Below, piece after piece: positions 52,959-64,000 of a stretch of DNA of 64,000 nucleotides. This stretch comes from Mobula hypostoma (lineage: Eukaryota). Both the position numbers and the translations under genes were made by a program. The stretch covers positions 69,690,001-69,754,000 of the forward strand of contig NC_086108.1 in the NCBI RefSeq assembly GCF_963921235.1, in the 5' to 3' direction. The notes beneath the pieces were generated by a model that saw nothing but the letters and a program-made list of their open reading frames with translations, was not told the origin of the DNA and made no database searches. The stretch's first letter is position 1. Each line of letters begins with the position of its first letter.

Positions 52959-55129
52959 TTTTATATCTTGTATGTCCTCTTGTATAGCTTTTCCCAAATC
53001 CTTGTCATACACTATCATGTGTTATGACAAATAGGATGCCAAGGTACTCAATGACCTAGAAAACTCTAGACAGTGGGATAAATTTGACAGCTAAACAACT
53101 TGTGTGGTATCTGTCAAAAATGGTCACTTCAATATTCCTGACGTTCAGTTGGTGGAAATTCCATCTCACCCAGGAGTGAGTATTAGGATAAAAACTCAAG
53201 AAATCTGAGGTAAGAAGAGGCTTAATGTGATAGTGATGAAGTGGAATTGCTCATAGCATATATATTCTTGAAGTTGCTTATACAAACCAATGAAAGGAGA
53301 AATAAGATAGCTTGGAGATGCTCCAAAGATGATGATGTACCCACAGAAAACAGAAGCCATTGCAAACCTTTGCTAATGAATGAATCGATTAGATTGGAAT
53401 TGTGTAACATTCTCAAAAAGGACATAGGTGCAAGTTCATGAAGGAATAGATAGAGGAATAAATGTTAAGGTATTTTGACATGGCTTAGTTTTGTTAACAG
53501 TTCTCACTTGGTTCTTTTTTGAAGATGTCATTAGTTGTAAAACCAGATAAGAGTTGTGTGAGGAGACCCAGATTAAATCCTTGGCAGGTGAATCCAATTA
53601 GGTCAGCCATTTTGGCTACTAAAACTAATCAAAGGCTAACTATTCTGTGGTGAATGACTCACTTGACTTTCAAAAGCCTATCCACCAGCTATAAGACTCT
53701 GATAGCTTTGTGCTATAATGCCCTACACTTGGCTGGGTGAATGGATATTTAACACCTGAGAAACACAGTATCACCCAGAGCAAAGCAGCCAGCTGTTCTG
53801 ATGGGCCATTCTTCACAAAATTGTGCATTTATTACCTCCATAACCCATGGGCCATGGTTATAGTGTGTATCATCCAGATGCACTGCAGCAACTTGTCATG
53901 GCCTCTTGTATAGCTTTTCCCAAATCCTTGTCAAAGAAGCAGGGAGGCTGAATGAGCTCCTCCATCTTCCTCTTCAAGTGAAACATCATCCTGGTTTTAG
54001 ACATTTTGTTGTGTTGTCATTGGTGTTTGGCCAAATTGTTGGTATTTCATAACTAATGACAATTTGATACATGGAGTTTAAGTATCCACGATAGCAGAGG
54101 AATTCAGTGAACCCCAGCATAAATTTAAAATCAATGAAAGGGATAATGAATGTAAAAGAAATATATTTGCAATAGAACATGCTGACTTATAAATGTTTAC
54201 ATAGTTCTACCATTATTGACTTCTCTCATCTTTTTGGCCTTGTGTCATTCACTTCAGCTTTATATATCCTATTTGGTTTCAAGCCTTCAAGGTCTCTTAT
54301 TGCTTGTTGAGCTATATTCCTTAATGCTTTCCATTTGAACTTGAAATCTGTTTTATATCATCCTCATGTACACAGGCCACTTCAGTTATCAGTTGAGCAT
54401 GACTATGCAGGAATATTTGTAGCTGTGAAGGTGATCGTTATTTGTGCAGATGTATGTATTTTGGATATCAACTTCTCAAAGGTGATTTGGAAATTACTGT
54501 ATACTTGTATAGCATACTCTGAACAAAAAAGAAGTTTGTACCTTGGTACTTTCTTTCCCCAAAAGCACTGGTCTGATATCGTTTGAATCACCTTAATGTG
54601 ATTTAAAAAAAAAAGAGTCTAAGTCTGAGAATTAAATCAGAATCAGAAATATTTAAATATGTAAATATTCACATTTCTAATGTTGATGGCCAAGTCCCTC
54701 AAAATTTTATTTAGATCCATCCATGAGCCAGTATTAACTTAGTGAGAGCAACAGGCTTTAGAGCTGCATCTCTGAGGCCCATTTGTTTGCTGGGAATTCT
54801 CTCTGGTGAGGGTCACAACATGATTATATTTTTGCAGTAAGTGTTAAACGGGGAGAGTATGGTGCTAATTCTGAGTGGTTGGCCCAGTCCAAGATGTCCT
54901 GTCTTCTTTCTGCTAGGTTCATCCTGTTAGCTTCTGTGAGTGACAGAGAATCCTTCATTCTGTAACTGTTTGATTTGTATCTAATCTGGTATCTGATGCT
55001 CTCCTGTATAATTTAAGTTTTTTTGATGTAGAATATCATAGTGTGTTGAAAACAAAGATAATTAGAGTTCAATCTTTGGTCTGTAAACTTATTTGCATGA
55101 AATTTCTGCCTTTTATGTCTTGACAGTTT

Positions 55130-56260
55130 AAAGTTCAAAGTAAATTTATTATCAAGGTGCATGCAGGTCACCATATACTACCCTGGGATTCATTTTCTCG
55201 AGGGCATTCATAGTAAGTACAAAGAAATACAATGGAATCAATGAAAATCTACTCAAAAACAAGATGGGAAGACCACCAATGTGCAAAAACCATGGGTGCC
55301 ATGGTAGGACAGTGATTAGTGGGGCACTATTACATCCCAGGACAACAGATTTCGGAGTTCAAATCTGACACCATCTGCAAGGAGTCAGTGTATATCCTCC
55401 TCATGGAATATGTGGGTTTTCTCCGGGTCCCTGCTTTCCTTCCACAGTCCCACAAATGTGAAGACTCCCACAGTATTGGGTAGGTTAATAGATAACTGTA
55501 AATTGTCCTGTGATTAGTTTGGGGTTAAATCAGGATTGTCGGACAGTGTGTCTCAAAAGGCCAGAAGGGCCTATTGCATGCTGTTTCGCTAAATAAAAAG
55601 ATGACGAATTATGTAAATACAAATAGAAAAGCAAAATAATAATCATATTGAGAACATGAATTGTAGAGTCCTTGAAAGTGAGTCCATAGGTTATGTAAAC
55701 AGGTCTTGGTTAAGTTATCCCCTCTGGTTCAGGAGCCTGATGGTTGCAGGGTTAAAACTGTTCCTCAACCTGCTGGTGTGGGACCCAAGGCTCCTGTACT
55801 TCCCTCCCAACAGCAGTAGTGAGAAGAGAGCATGGCCTGGATGGTAAGGGTCCTTGATGATGAAGACTGTTTTCCTGAGACGGTGCTCCTTGTAGATGTG
55901 CACAATAATGGGGAGGCTTTACCCATGATGGACAGGGCTGTATCCACTACTTTTTGTAGGCTTTTACATTTAAGAGCATTGATGTTCCTATACCAGTGTG
56001 TGATGCATCTATGGAAGTTTGTCAAAGATTTAGATAACATGCCAAATCTTCGCAGACTTCTAAGTGGAGGTGCTGCTGTGCCATTCTTTGTAATGGTACT
56101 CACTTGCTGCACCCAGGACAGATCCTCTGAAATGATGACACCAAGGAATTCAGCGTTACTGACCCTCTTCACCTCTGATTCCCTGATACGGACTGGCTAA
56201 TGGACTTCCAGTTTCATCCTCCCGCAGTAAATAATTAGCTCTGGTTTTGCTGACTTTGAG
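55130..56260 (-). mobile_element. Rex1/Babar-like LINE 3' portion, carrying a SINE in its 3' UTR
   Basis: FLGVIISEDLSW, HPGHALFSLL motifs; aagttcaaag tail. Confidence 0.8.
55294..55598 (+). mobile_element. tRNA-derived V-SINE (HE1-like)
   Basis: A-box-like tggtaggacagtg, B-box-like gagttcaaatc, V-domain gtgggttttctccggg...ccacagtcc, CR1-like tail gaagggcctatt...aaataaaa. Confidence 0.7.
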
Positions 56261-57795
56261 TTGTGGCACCATTTAGTCTTCCTAAATTCCATCACCATCT
56301 CCTTTGTCTTGCTAATGATTCAGCATGCACCATTTGGCGAAGTCCTCCACCAGGGCCCTGTAATCATCCTACCGTCCTCCCATGGTACACCCAACTATTG
56401 CTGAGTCATCAGAGAATTTCTGCAGATGTGTTGTATCAAAATTCCAAGGTATACAGGGTGAACAGGATCTCCCAAACTTCTGTAATGTGGATAATTGTGT
56501 TAGTTTCATGATGCAGGTAATATTTCCTATTTCTCAGTAGCAAGGTAATAGACAGAAGTTGGAACTTGTGTAGCTGAATGTTGCCATGGGGTGGGGTGAG
56601 TGGGCTGTGGCTGAATCAGTTCCACTTGAAAAGCAATGAAGTACTTCTGGAAGCTGATGCACTGTCACTCCCTGTGCCTCAACTGCTCTAAGCACTTAGA
56701 AATGCAAATATTTTTAAATTTCAAAGTGATTCAGGAACATTCAAATTGCATGCAAAGGTTTATAGTTGTGTCAATTATATGGAAGAAAATCAAAATGTTT
56801 AAATCCTATCCAGCTAATTACTGCTTATTGATTAGCGAAAGTGATTGAAGGTGTTTTCAGCAATACTTTAAAACAGCACTGCGCCAATAAACCTGCTTAT
56901 CAGCACTCTAAGTTTTACCAATTCTACTGTGTACCGGACCTTATTACAGCCTTGGTGCAAATAGAGGAGTTAAAAGTGATTACTTATGATTTCATTGATT
57001 AAGTGAAGCATTTGTTTAGCTTGAGTCAATGGGCATCAAGGCCAAAAATCTTACCTAGTTAGTCATAACTTGTTTTAAAATAAAGTAGTCATGATGTAAA
57101 GGTCAATCAATCCAACTCCAAGATACCACTGCAGTAGTTCACTTAATGAATTACTTACCACCATAAGGTCAGAAGTGAAGATAATCCGCTGATGATTATG
57201 CATTCAGTACGGCATCACCTTCCAAACCAGCAACTTTAACAACTAAGGAAGGCAAGGACGGCAAGTACTGGAAACATTGTTGCTCGCAGGATTCCCTCTG
57301 AATTGCAAGTTGTCCTAAAGTGGGAATGTATTGCAAATTCTTTTATACTCTCTACTCAACTGTGGAAATACCTTCATGAGAGATTTGCAGTAGTTCAAGA
57401 ATTCAGTTTACCATCAAGAAAAATTAATGTGCAGTAAATACTGGTCTTGCCTGTGATGCTGAGATTTTTAAAAGAAGAGGCTAAAACAAGTTTAAATTTC
57501 TTTACAAACCTGATCATAATTCACTCTTGGCCATTTCTCTCTATCCAGCTAAATACCTGTATTGCTCCTGCGCTAGGCCTATCATGATGACATGATATTA
57601 ATTGTTCAGATTGATTCTGCAGTGTAAGTGATGGGAACTGAAGCAGTTACACAATCTGTTATAAGTCTGAAGTTAGAACTTGTATGTGGAAGAAACATTT
57701 TGAATGACAGACAATTGAAGGACTTGTGCATTCTAGTCCAAATCACAAAGTTGCTATCAGTCAACTGAAGCTACTAACATATGAAGAGATAAATG

Positions 57796-58100
57796 CAATG
57801 GATTCTGGTTAATTGGGACACATTGGGACCAGTGCACTTTGGCCCAATTAAGTGGCTGCTTCAATTAGTCAGTTTCATGGAAATCATTTCAGCACGGACT
57901 AGAAGAGCCGAGATGGCCTGTTTCTGTGCTGTAATTGTTATATGGTTATATTAAAAAGCTATAAAAAAGGACAATCTGTGTAACAAATTGTGTACTTAAA
58001 TAAAATACAGAACAATTTAGGACTATACCATAGTGCTATAAAACTGTATTAGTTCCTAATAATTATCGACAGAGTTCATGCTGTGTACATAATGAACAAA
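57796..58100. mobile_element. Tigger-like fragment related to 2888-4203, with a short CR1 tail inserted
   Basis: caatggattctggttaattggg terminus and ggcccaattaag sub-terminal motif. Confidence 0.6.
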
Positions 58101-58105
58101 ATTGT

Positions 58106-58253
58106 CTGGTCAGGGAAAATGAGGAGGTGATAGGAGCTATAGGCACGTAGTCACACCAGGGTCTCGGGGAGACAGAAAAGTGGGTAAACAGTCAGGAGAG
58201 GGAAGGGCAAGAGTCATATACTGGAAAGTACCCCTGTGGCTGACCCCCCCCTT
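58106..58253 (+). mobile_element. CR1 ORF1 fragment, left half of an interrupted element
   Basis: VRENEEVI...VRRGKG...ESTPVA-like sequence that continues at 61037 as LNNKYSCLS. Confidence 0.65.
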
Positions 58254-58380
58254 TGTAAACAAATTCGTCTGACCAATAACCACACCACATACCGTTCTTT
58301 ACTTTATTCTTTCACCAGTTTATTTGTTCCAGCTCAGCCAGTGAGAAGCTCAGAGCCAAGCATTGGAGAGACAGAATCTA

Positions 58381-59495
58381 CCCCTTCTTCCCCCCCCTTC
58401 TTCCCCCCCCTTCTTCCCCCCCCTTCTTACCCCCCCTTCTTACCCCCCCTTCTTACCCCCCCTTCTTACCCCCCCTTCTTACCCCCCCTTCTTACCCCCC
58501 CTTCTTACCCCCCTTCTTACCCCCCTTCTTCCCCCTTCCCCTTCTTCCCCCCTTCTTCCCCTTCTTCCCCCCTTCTTCCCCCTTCTTCCCCCTTCTTCCC
58601 CCCCTTCTTCCCCCCTTCTTCCCCCTCTTCCCCCTTCTTCCCCCTTCTCCCCCTCCCCCCTTCCCCTCTCCCCCTTCTCCCCCTTCTCCCCCCTCTCCCC
58701 CCCCTCCCCTCCCTCCCCTTCTTCCCCCTCCCCTTCCCCCCCCCCCTCTCCCCCCCCTCTCCCCCCTCCCTCCCTCTCCCCCTTCCCCCCCTCCCCCCTC
58801 TCCCCCTCCTCCCTCCCCCTCCCTCCCCTCTTCCCCCCTCTTCCCTCCTTCCCTCCTCCCCCTCTTCCCCCTCCCCCCCTTCCCCCCCCCTCCCCTCCCT
58901 CCCCCCCCCTCCCCCCTCCCTCCTCTCCCCTCCCCCTCCCTCTCCCCCTCCTTCCCCCCTCTCCCCCCCTCTCCCTCCCTCCCCCCTCCCCCCTCCCCCC
59001 CTTCCCCCTCCTTCCCCCCCTCTCCCCCTCCCCCCTCCCCTCCCCCTCCTTCCCCCCTCCCTCCCCCCCCCTCCCTCCCTCCCCCCCTCCCCCCTCCCCC
59101 CCCCTCCCCCCCTCCCCCCCTCCCCCCCCCTCCCCCCCCCCCTCTCCCCCCCCTCTCCCCCCTCTCCCCCTCCCCCCCCCTCCCCCCCTCCCCCCTCTCC
59201 CCCCTCCCCCCCCCCTCCCCCCCTCTCCCCCCTCCCCCCCCCTCCCCTCCCCTCCCCCCCCTCCCCCCCCCTCCCCCCCTCCCCCCCCTCCCCCCTCTCC
59301 CCCCCTCCCCCCCCTCCCCCCCCTCCTCCCCCCCTCTCCCCCCCCCCCTCCCTCTCCCCCCTCCCTCCCCCCTCTCCCCCTCCCCCCCCCCCCCCCCCCT
59401 CCCCCCCTCCCCCCCCTCCCCCCCCTTCTCCCCCCCCTTCTCCCCCCCCTTCTCCCCCCCCCTTCTTCTCCCCCCCTTCTTCCCCCCTCCTCCTC
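58381..59495. repeat. 1.1-kb C-rich polypyrimidine low-complexity tract
   Basis: Almost exclusively C/T, in (C)nTTCTT, (C)nTCT and (C)nT units. Confidence 0.95.
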
Positions 59496-60720
59496 CGTTT
59501 TCATTACAGTTGCACCATAAATAATTAATTAGTAATAAAACCATAAATAGTAATATGTAAATTATGCCAGGAAATAAGTCCAGGACAAGCCTATCGGCTC
59601 AGGGTGTCTGACCCTCCAAGGGAGGAGTTGTAAAGTTTGACGGCCACAGGCAGGAATGACTTCCTATGACGCCCAGTGCTGCATCTTGGTGGAATGAGTC
59701 TCTGACTGAATGTACTCCTATGCCCACCCAGTAGTATGTAGTGGATGGGAGACATTAACCAAGATGGCATGCAACTTTGACAGCATCCTCTTTTCAGACA
59801 CCACCGTCAGAGAGTCCAGTTCCATCCCCACAACATCACTGGCCTTACGAATGAGTTTGTTGATTCTGTTGGTGTCTGCTACCTTCAGCCTGCTGCCCCA
59901 GCACACAACAGCAAACACGATAGCACTGGCCACCACGGACTCGTAGAACATCCTCAGCATCGTCCGGCAGATGTTAAAGGACCTCAGTCTCAGGAAATAG
60001 AGACGGCTCTGACCCTTCTTGTAGACAGCCTCAGTGTTCTTTGACCAGTCCAGTTTATTGTCAATTCGTATTCCCAGGTATTTGTAATCCTCCACCATGT
60101 CCACACTGACCCCCGGATGGAAACAGGGGTCACCGGTACCTTAGCTCTCGTCAGGTCTACCACCAGCTCCTTAGTCTTTTTCACATTAAGCTGCAAATAA
60201 TTCTGCTCACACCATGTGACAAAGTTTCCTACCGTAGCCCTGTACTCAACCTCATCTCGCTTGCTGATGCATCCAACTATGGCAGAGTCATCTGAAAACT
60301 GCTGAAGGTGACAAGACTCTGTGCAGTAGTTGAAGTCCAAGGTGTAAATGGTGAAGAGAAAGGGAGACAAGACAGTCCCCTGTGGAGCCCCAGTGCCGCT
60401 GATCACTCTGTCGGACACACAATGTTGCAGGCACACGTACTGTGGTCTGCCAGTCAGGTAATCAAGAATCCATGATACCAGGGAAGCATCCACCTGCAGC
60501 GCTGTCAGCTTCTCCCCCAGCAGAGCAGGGCGGATGGTGTTGAACGCACTGGAGAAGTCAAAAAACATGACCCTCACAGTGCTCGCTGGCTCGTCCAGGT
60601 GGGCGTAGACACGGTTCAGCAGGTAGACGATGGCATCCTCAACTCCTAGTCGGGGCTGGTAGGCGAACTGGAGGGGATCTAAGTGTGGCCTGACCATAGG
60701 CCGGAGCAGCTCCAGAACAA
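59496..60720 (-). mobile_element. Young Rex1/Babar-like LINE, 5'-truncated
   Basis: [52 protein letters not shown]. Confidence 0.93.
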
Positions 60721-61036
60721 GGAGGGAGAAGTTCCCTCCTTTTTCATTAGAAAAAGGAGGGAACTTAGTTCAGTGGTGCAAGACCGTAAGGCATGGTGTG
60801 TGTGACCTGTGTAAATCCAGCCCCCATATTATTCTGAAGGGACAGCTGTGAGTCATTAATCAAAACGAGCTGAAGGCAGATTCCTCAGCGAAGGACAAAC
60901 TTTGCACACTATCCAGGACAAACTTTGCACACTATCCAGAACAGAGCACCCACAAGCTGGAACTTAATTTTAACCAGATATTTACAAGAGTCCGAGAATC
61001 ATTCCTTACATCCCCCAATTCCTCAAAACTTCATCA

Positions 61037-62565
61037 CCTTAACAATAAGTACTCCTGTTTGAGCGATTGTGGGGATGACTTACGGCGGACTGAAAAGCTT
61101 GAGCATATAGATATTAAGAAAGAGGATGTGCTGGAGCTTTTGGAAAGCATCAAGTTGGATAAATCACCGAGACCGGATGGGATATACCCCAGGCTACTAT
61201 GGGAGGTGATGGAGGAGGTTGCTGAGCCTCTGGCAATGATCTTTGCATCATCAATGGGGATGGGAGAGGTTCTAGAGGATGGGAGGGTTGGTGGTGATGT
61301 TCCCTTATTCAAGAAAGGGAGTAGAGATAGCAATGGAAATTATAGACCAGTGAGTCTTATCTCAGTGGTTGGTAAGTTGATGGAGAAGATCCTGAGGGGC
61401 AGTATTTATGAATATTTGGAGAGGCATAATATGATTAGGAATAGTCAGCATGGCTTTGTGAAAGGTAGGTTGTACCTTACAAGCCTGATTGAATTTTTTG
61501 AGGATGTGATGAAACACATTGATGAAGGTAGAGCACTAGATGTAGTGTATATGGATTTCAGTAAGGCATTTGATAGGTACCCCATGCAAGGCTTATTGAG
61601 AAAGTAAGGAGGCATAGGATCCAAGGGGACCTTGCTTTCTGGATCCAGAATTGGCTTGCCCACAGAAGGCAAAGAGTGGTTGTAGATGGGTCATATTCTG
61701 CATGGAGGTTGGTAACCAGTGGTGTGCCTCAGGGATCTGTTCTGGGACCCCTTCTCTTCATGATTTTTATAAATGACCTTGATGAGGAAGTGGACGGATG
61801 GGTTAGTAAATTTGCTGATGACACAAAGGTTGGGGGTGTTGTGGATAGTATGGAGGGCTGTCCGAGGTTACAGGGGACATGAATAGGATGAAAAACTGGG
61901 CTGAGAAGTGGCAGATGGAGTTCAACCGAGATAAGTCTGAGGTGATTCATTTTGGTTGGTCCAATATGATGGTAGAGTACAGTATTACTGGTAAGACTCT
62001 TGGCAGTGTGGAGGATCAGAGGGACCTTGGGGTCCGAGTCCATAGGACACTCAAAGCTGCTGCGCAAGTTGACTGTGTGGTTAAGAAGGCATACAGTGTA
62101 TTGGCCTTCATCAACCGTAGGATTGAGTTCAAGAGCCGAGAGGTAATGTTACAGCTATACAGCACCCTGGTCAGACCCAACTTGGAGTACTGTGCTCAGT
62201 TCTGGTCACCTCACTACAGGAAGGATGTGGAAGCCATAAAAAGGGTGCAGAGGATATTTACAAGGATGTTGCCTGGATTGGGGAGCGTGCCTTATGAGAA
62301 TAGGTTGGGTGAACTTGGCCTTTTCTCCTTGGAGTGATGGAGGATGAGAGGTAACCTAATAGTGCTGAGTGCGTGGAATGGGCTGCCAGCAACGGTGGTG
62401 GAGGCGGATATAATAGGGTCTTTTAAGAGACTCCTGGATAGGTACATGGAGCTCAGAAAAATAGAGGGCTATGGGTAACTGCAGATAATTTCTAAAGTAA
62501 GTACATGTTTGGCACAGCATTGTGGGCTGAAGGGCCTGTATTATGCTGTAGGTTTTCTATGTTCC
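61037..62565 (+). mobile_element. CR1, right half (short ORF1 piece fused by deletion to ORF2 RT and 3' tail)
   Basis: [61 protein letters not shown]. Confidence 0.92.
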
Positions 62566-63896
62566 TAAAATCACTGCAGATACCTAGTGCATATAATGGA
62601 CTGTCTTCGTACAATGCAATCAAAGATTGCATCCTCCAAATAATTGCAATTTCATGCTGGGCCCAGAGTTTTTGGAGTCCAGAATGTGCTGCCTGGTAGT
62701 GTAGTGGAAGCAAATATTCTCATCACATTTGAAAAGGATCTTGGCAGGTACTTGGTTTCATCATGAAATGTTGACTGTACTCTTTTCCACTGATGCTGCC
62801 TAGCCTGCTGAGCTCCTCCAGCATTCTGTGTGTGTTGCAAGTACCAAAGGTTAGGAAACTGATGTGAGTAAATGGTGCTGGTATACTGTATATTGGTGCA
62901 ACATTCGGTATGGATATGGGCTGAAAGACCTGTTTCTGTGCTATAAAGCTGTTGTTATGTGGAACTTGTGTATTTTGGCTCTTCTATAGTAATAAGCATC
63001 ATCAGTGTTTAAGAAGGCAGCTCATCTCTGTTTCATCATGGCATTTAGAGTCCCAGGTGCATCAGGGATATGTGTCTCTTTTGCATCAGTGATACACGAA
63101 GCATGTGAACAAATAAAATTAAAAAAGTATGTGCTTCCTTGGTTGTAATGACCTGCAGGAAACCCAAAGGTGATGCAATTAAAAAAAAAACTATGGCTCC
63201 CCATGCAGCCTTCAAAGTTTTGGAAATTTCAGTTTGGAACCACTGAATTTGAAGGTTAAAAGATTCAAGGTACATTTGTAATCAAAGTATGTGTGCAGTA
63301 TACAACCCTGAGATTCGTCTTCGCAGACAGCCATGAAACAAAGAAAACCATGGAACTCATTCAAAGAAACAAAAACCTAATGTGCTTTTTTAAAAAAAAC
63401 AGATCATACAAATAACAAATAATGAGTGAAAAACAGAATATAAAACATGAAACAACAGAGGCATGGAAGCAGTCTACGAATATTCAGTTTAGTTTAGTTC
63501 AGTTCAGTTCAATTTAGCGCTGTGCCGTTCATTTGCTGCAGGCTGTAGAGCTAGCCGCCCTGGTCAAAATCATACAAAATAGCAATAAAAAAGAGTAACC
63601 AGAAACACACATAACATGAACTGCAGAGTACAATCCACCAACCGCATTTCGATTAAACCTTGCCCAAGATCCAAGACTCTGGCAATATTGAGTGAGACAG
63701 AGAGGGAGACCAGTCAAACGCAGGCAGATGGTGCTGAACACCTGCTCGTCTTCAGCTCTCATCCTCATAGACTTTAATCTTGCTCAATGCTTTATTCTGT
63801 GCGAAATGGGGTCGATCATGGTCTCAAACCCTGTCTCCAGGTTTCTTGGCCTCCTGGCTGCACACTCCACTCGAAGCCTCACCGAACTACCTAGGA

Positions 63897-64000
63897 CAGT
63901 GGTCCCCAAATCATGTGCTACCGGGCTGCGAGGAAACGATATGATTTCTGCACCTTTCCTCATTCCCTGTCACACACTGTTGAACTTGAACGCACGCAAA
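63897..64000 (+). mobile_element. Third copy of the Buster-type MITE, cut by the window end
   Basis: cagtggtccccaa TIR preceded by acctagga (nnnTAnnn); internal sequence matches 7403 and 27346. Confidence 0.85.

Larger units (their letters stand above)
58254..61036 (-). mobile_element. Solo LTR (pieces 58254-58380 and 60721-61036) with internal insertions
   Basis: Minus strand begins TGATG and ends TTACA; 4-bp TSD cctt at 58250-58253 and 61037-61040; AATAAA about 50 nt before the end; 23-bp tandem repeat. Confidence 0.65.

Noticed and set aside
55294..55375. tRNA gene
   Set aside because: A/B-box-like motifs run into a V-domain and LINE-like tail, and no cloverleaf is evident; it is a SINE head.
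58295..58380. Strong splice-acceptor-like ttctttactttattctttcaccag
   Set aside because: Better explained as the antisense of the putative LTR's AATAAA region; no donor follows before the C-tract.
58236..59544. Four long Pro-rich or Gly-rich ORFs (341-430 aa)
   Set aside because: They arise because a C/T-only tract cannot contain stop codons; they are open in several frames on both strands.
60892..60939. CRISPR-like repeats
   Set aside because: Only two adjacent units with no spacer, in vertebrate DNA.
39704..64000. OSBPL9 exon 4 (expected ARDADEREKW-like peptide)
   Set aside because: Not found by eye; probably downstream of the window, though a missed short exon cannot be fully excluded.

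Overview
Vertebrate genomic DNA, most likely from a cartilaginous fish such as a ray (inferred from the HE1-like V-SINE and the CR1/Rex1/Penelope repertoire). The window holds the promoter and first three coding exons of OSBPL9/ORP9 on the + strand (287-397, 18136-18186, 39625-39703), which encode most of the PH domain. Exon 4 was not found and probably lies beyond the window. The introns are densely filled with nested transposons: CR1, Rex1/Babar-like and RTE LINEs, Penelope-like elements, Buster-type hAT and Tigger-like DNA transposons, and a V-SINE. Main observations: (1) eight recognisable copies plus two remnants of a minimal hammerhead-ribozyme motif in Penelope terminal repeats, one with an intact core on the sense strand of intron 1, the others mostly decayed by CpG transitions; (2) a fragmented solo LTR (TG...CA, 4-bp TSD) that splits a CR1 ORF1 and is itself interrupted by a Rex1 element and a 1.1-kb C/T tract; (3) a candidate alternative first exon in intron 3 whose splice phase matches that of exon 3. 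TE boundaries without a quoted TSD or TIR are approximate and were read by eye.
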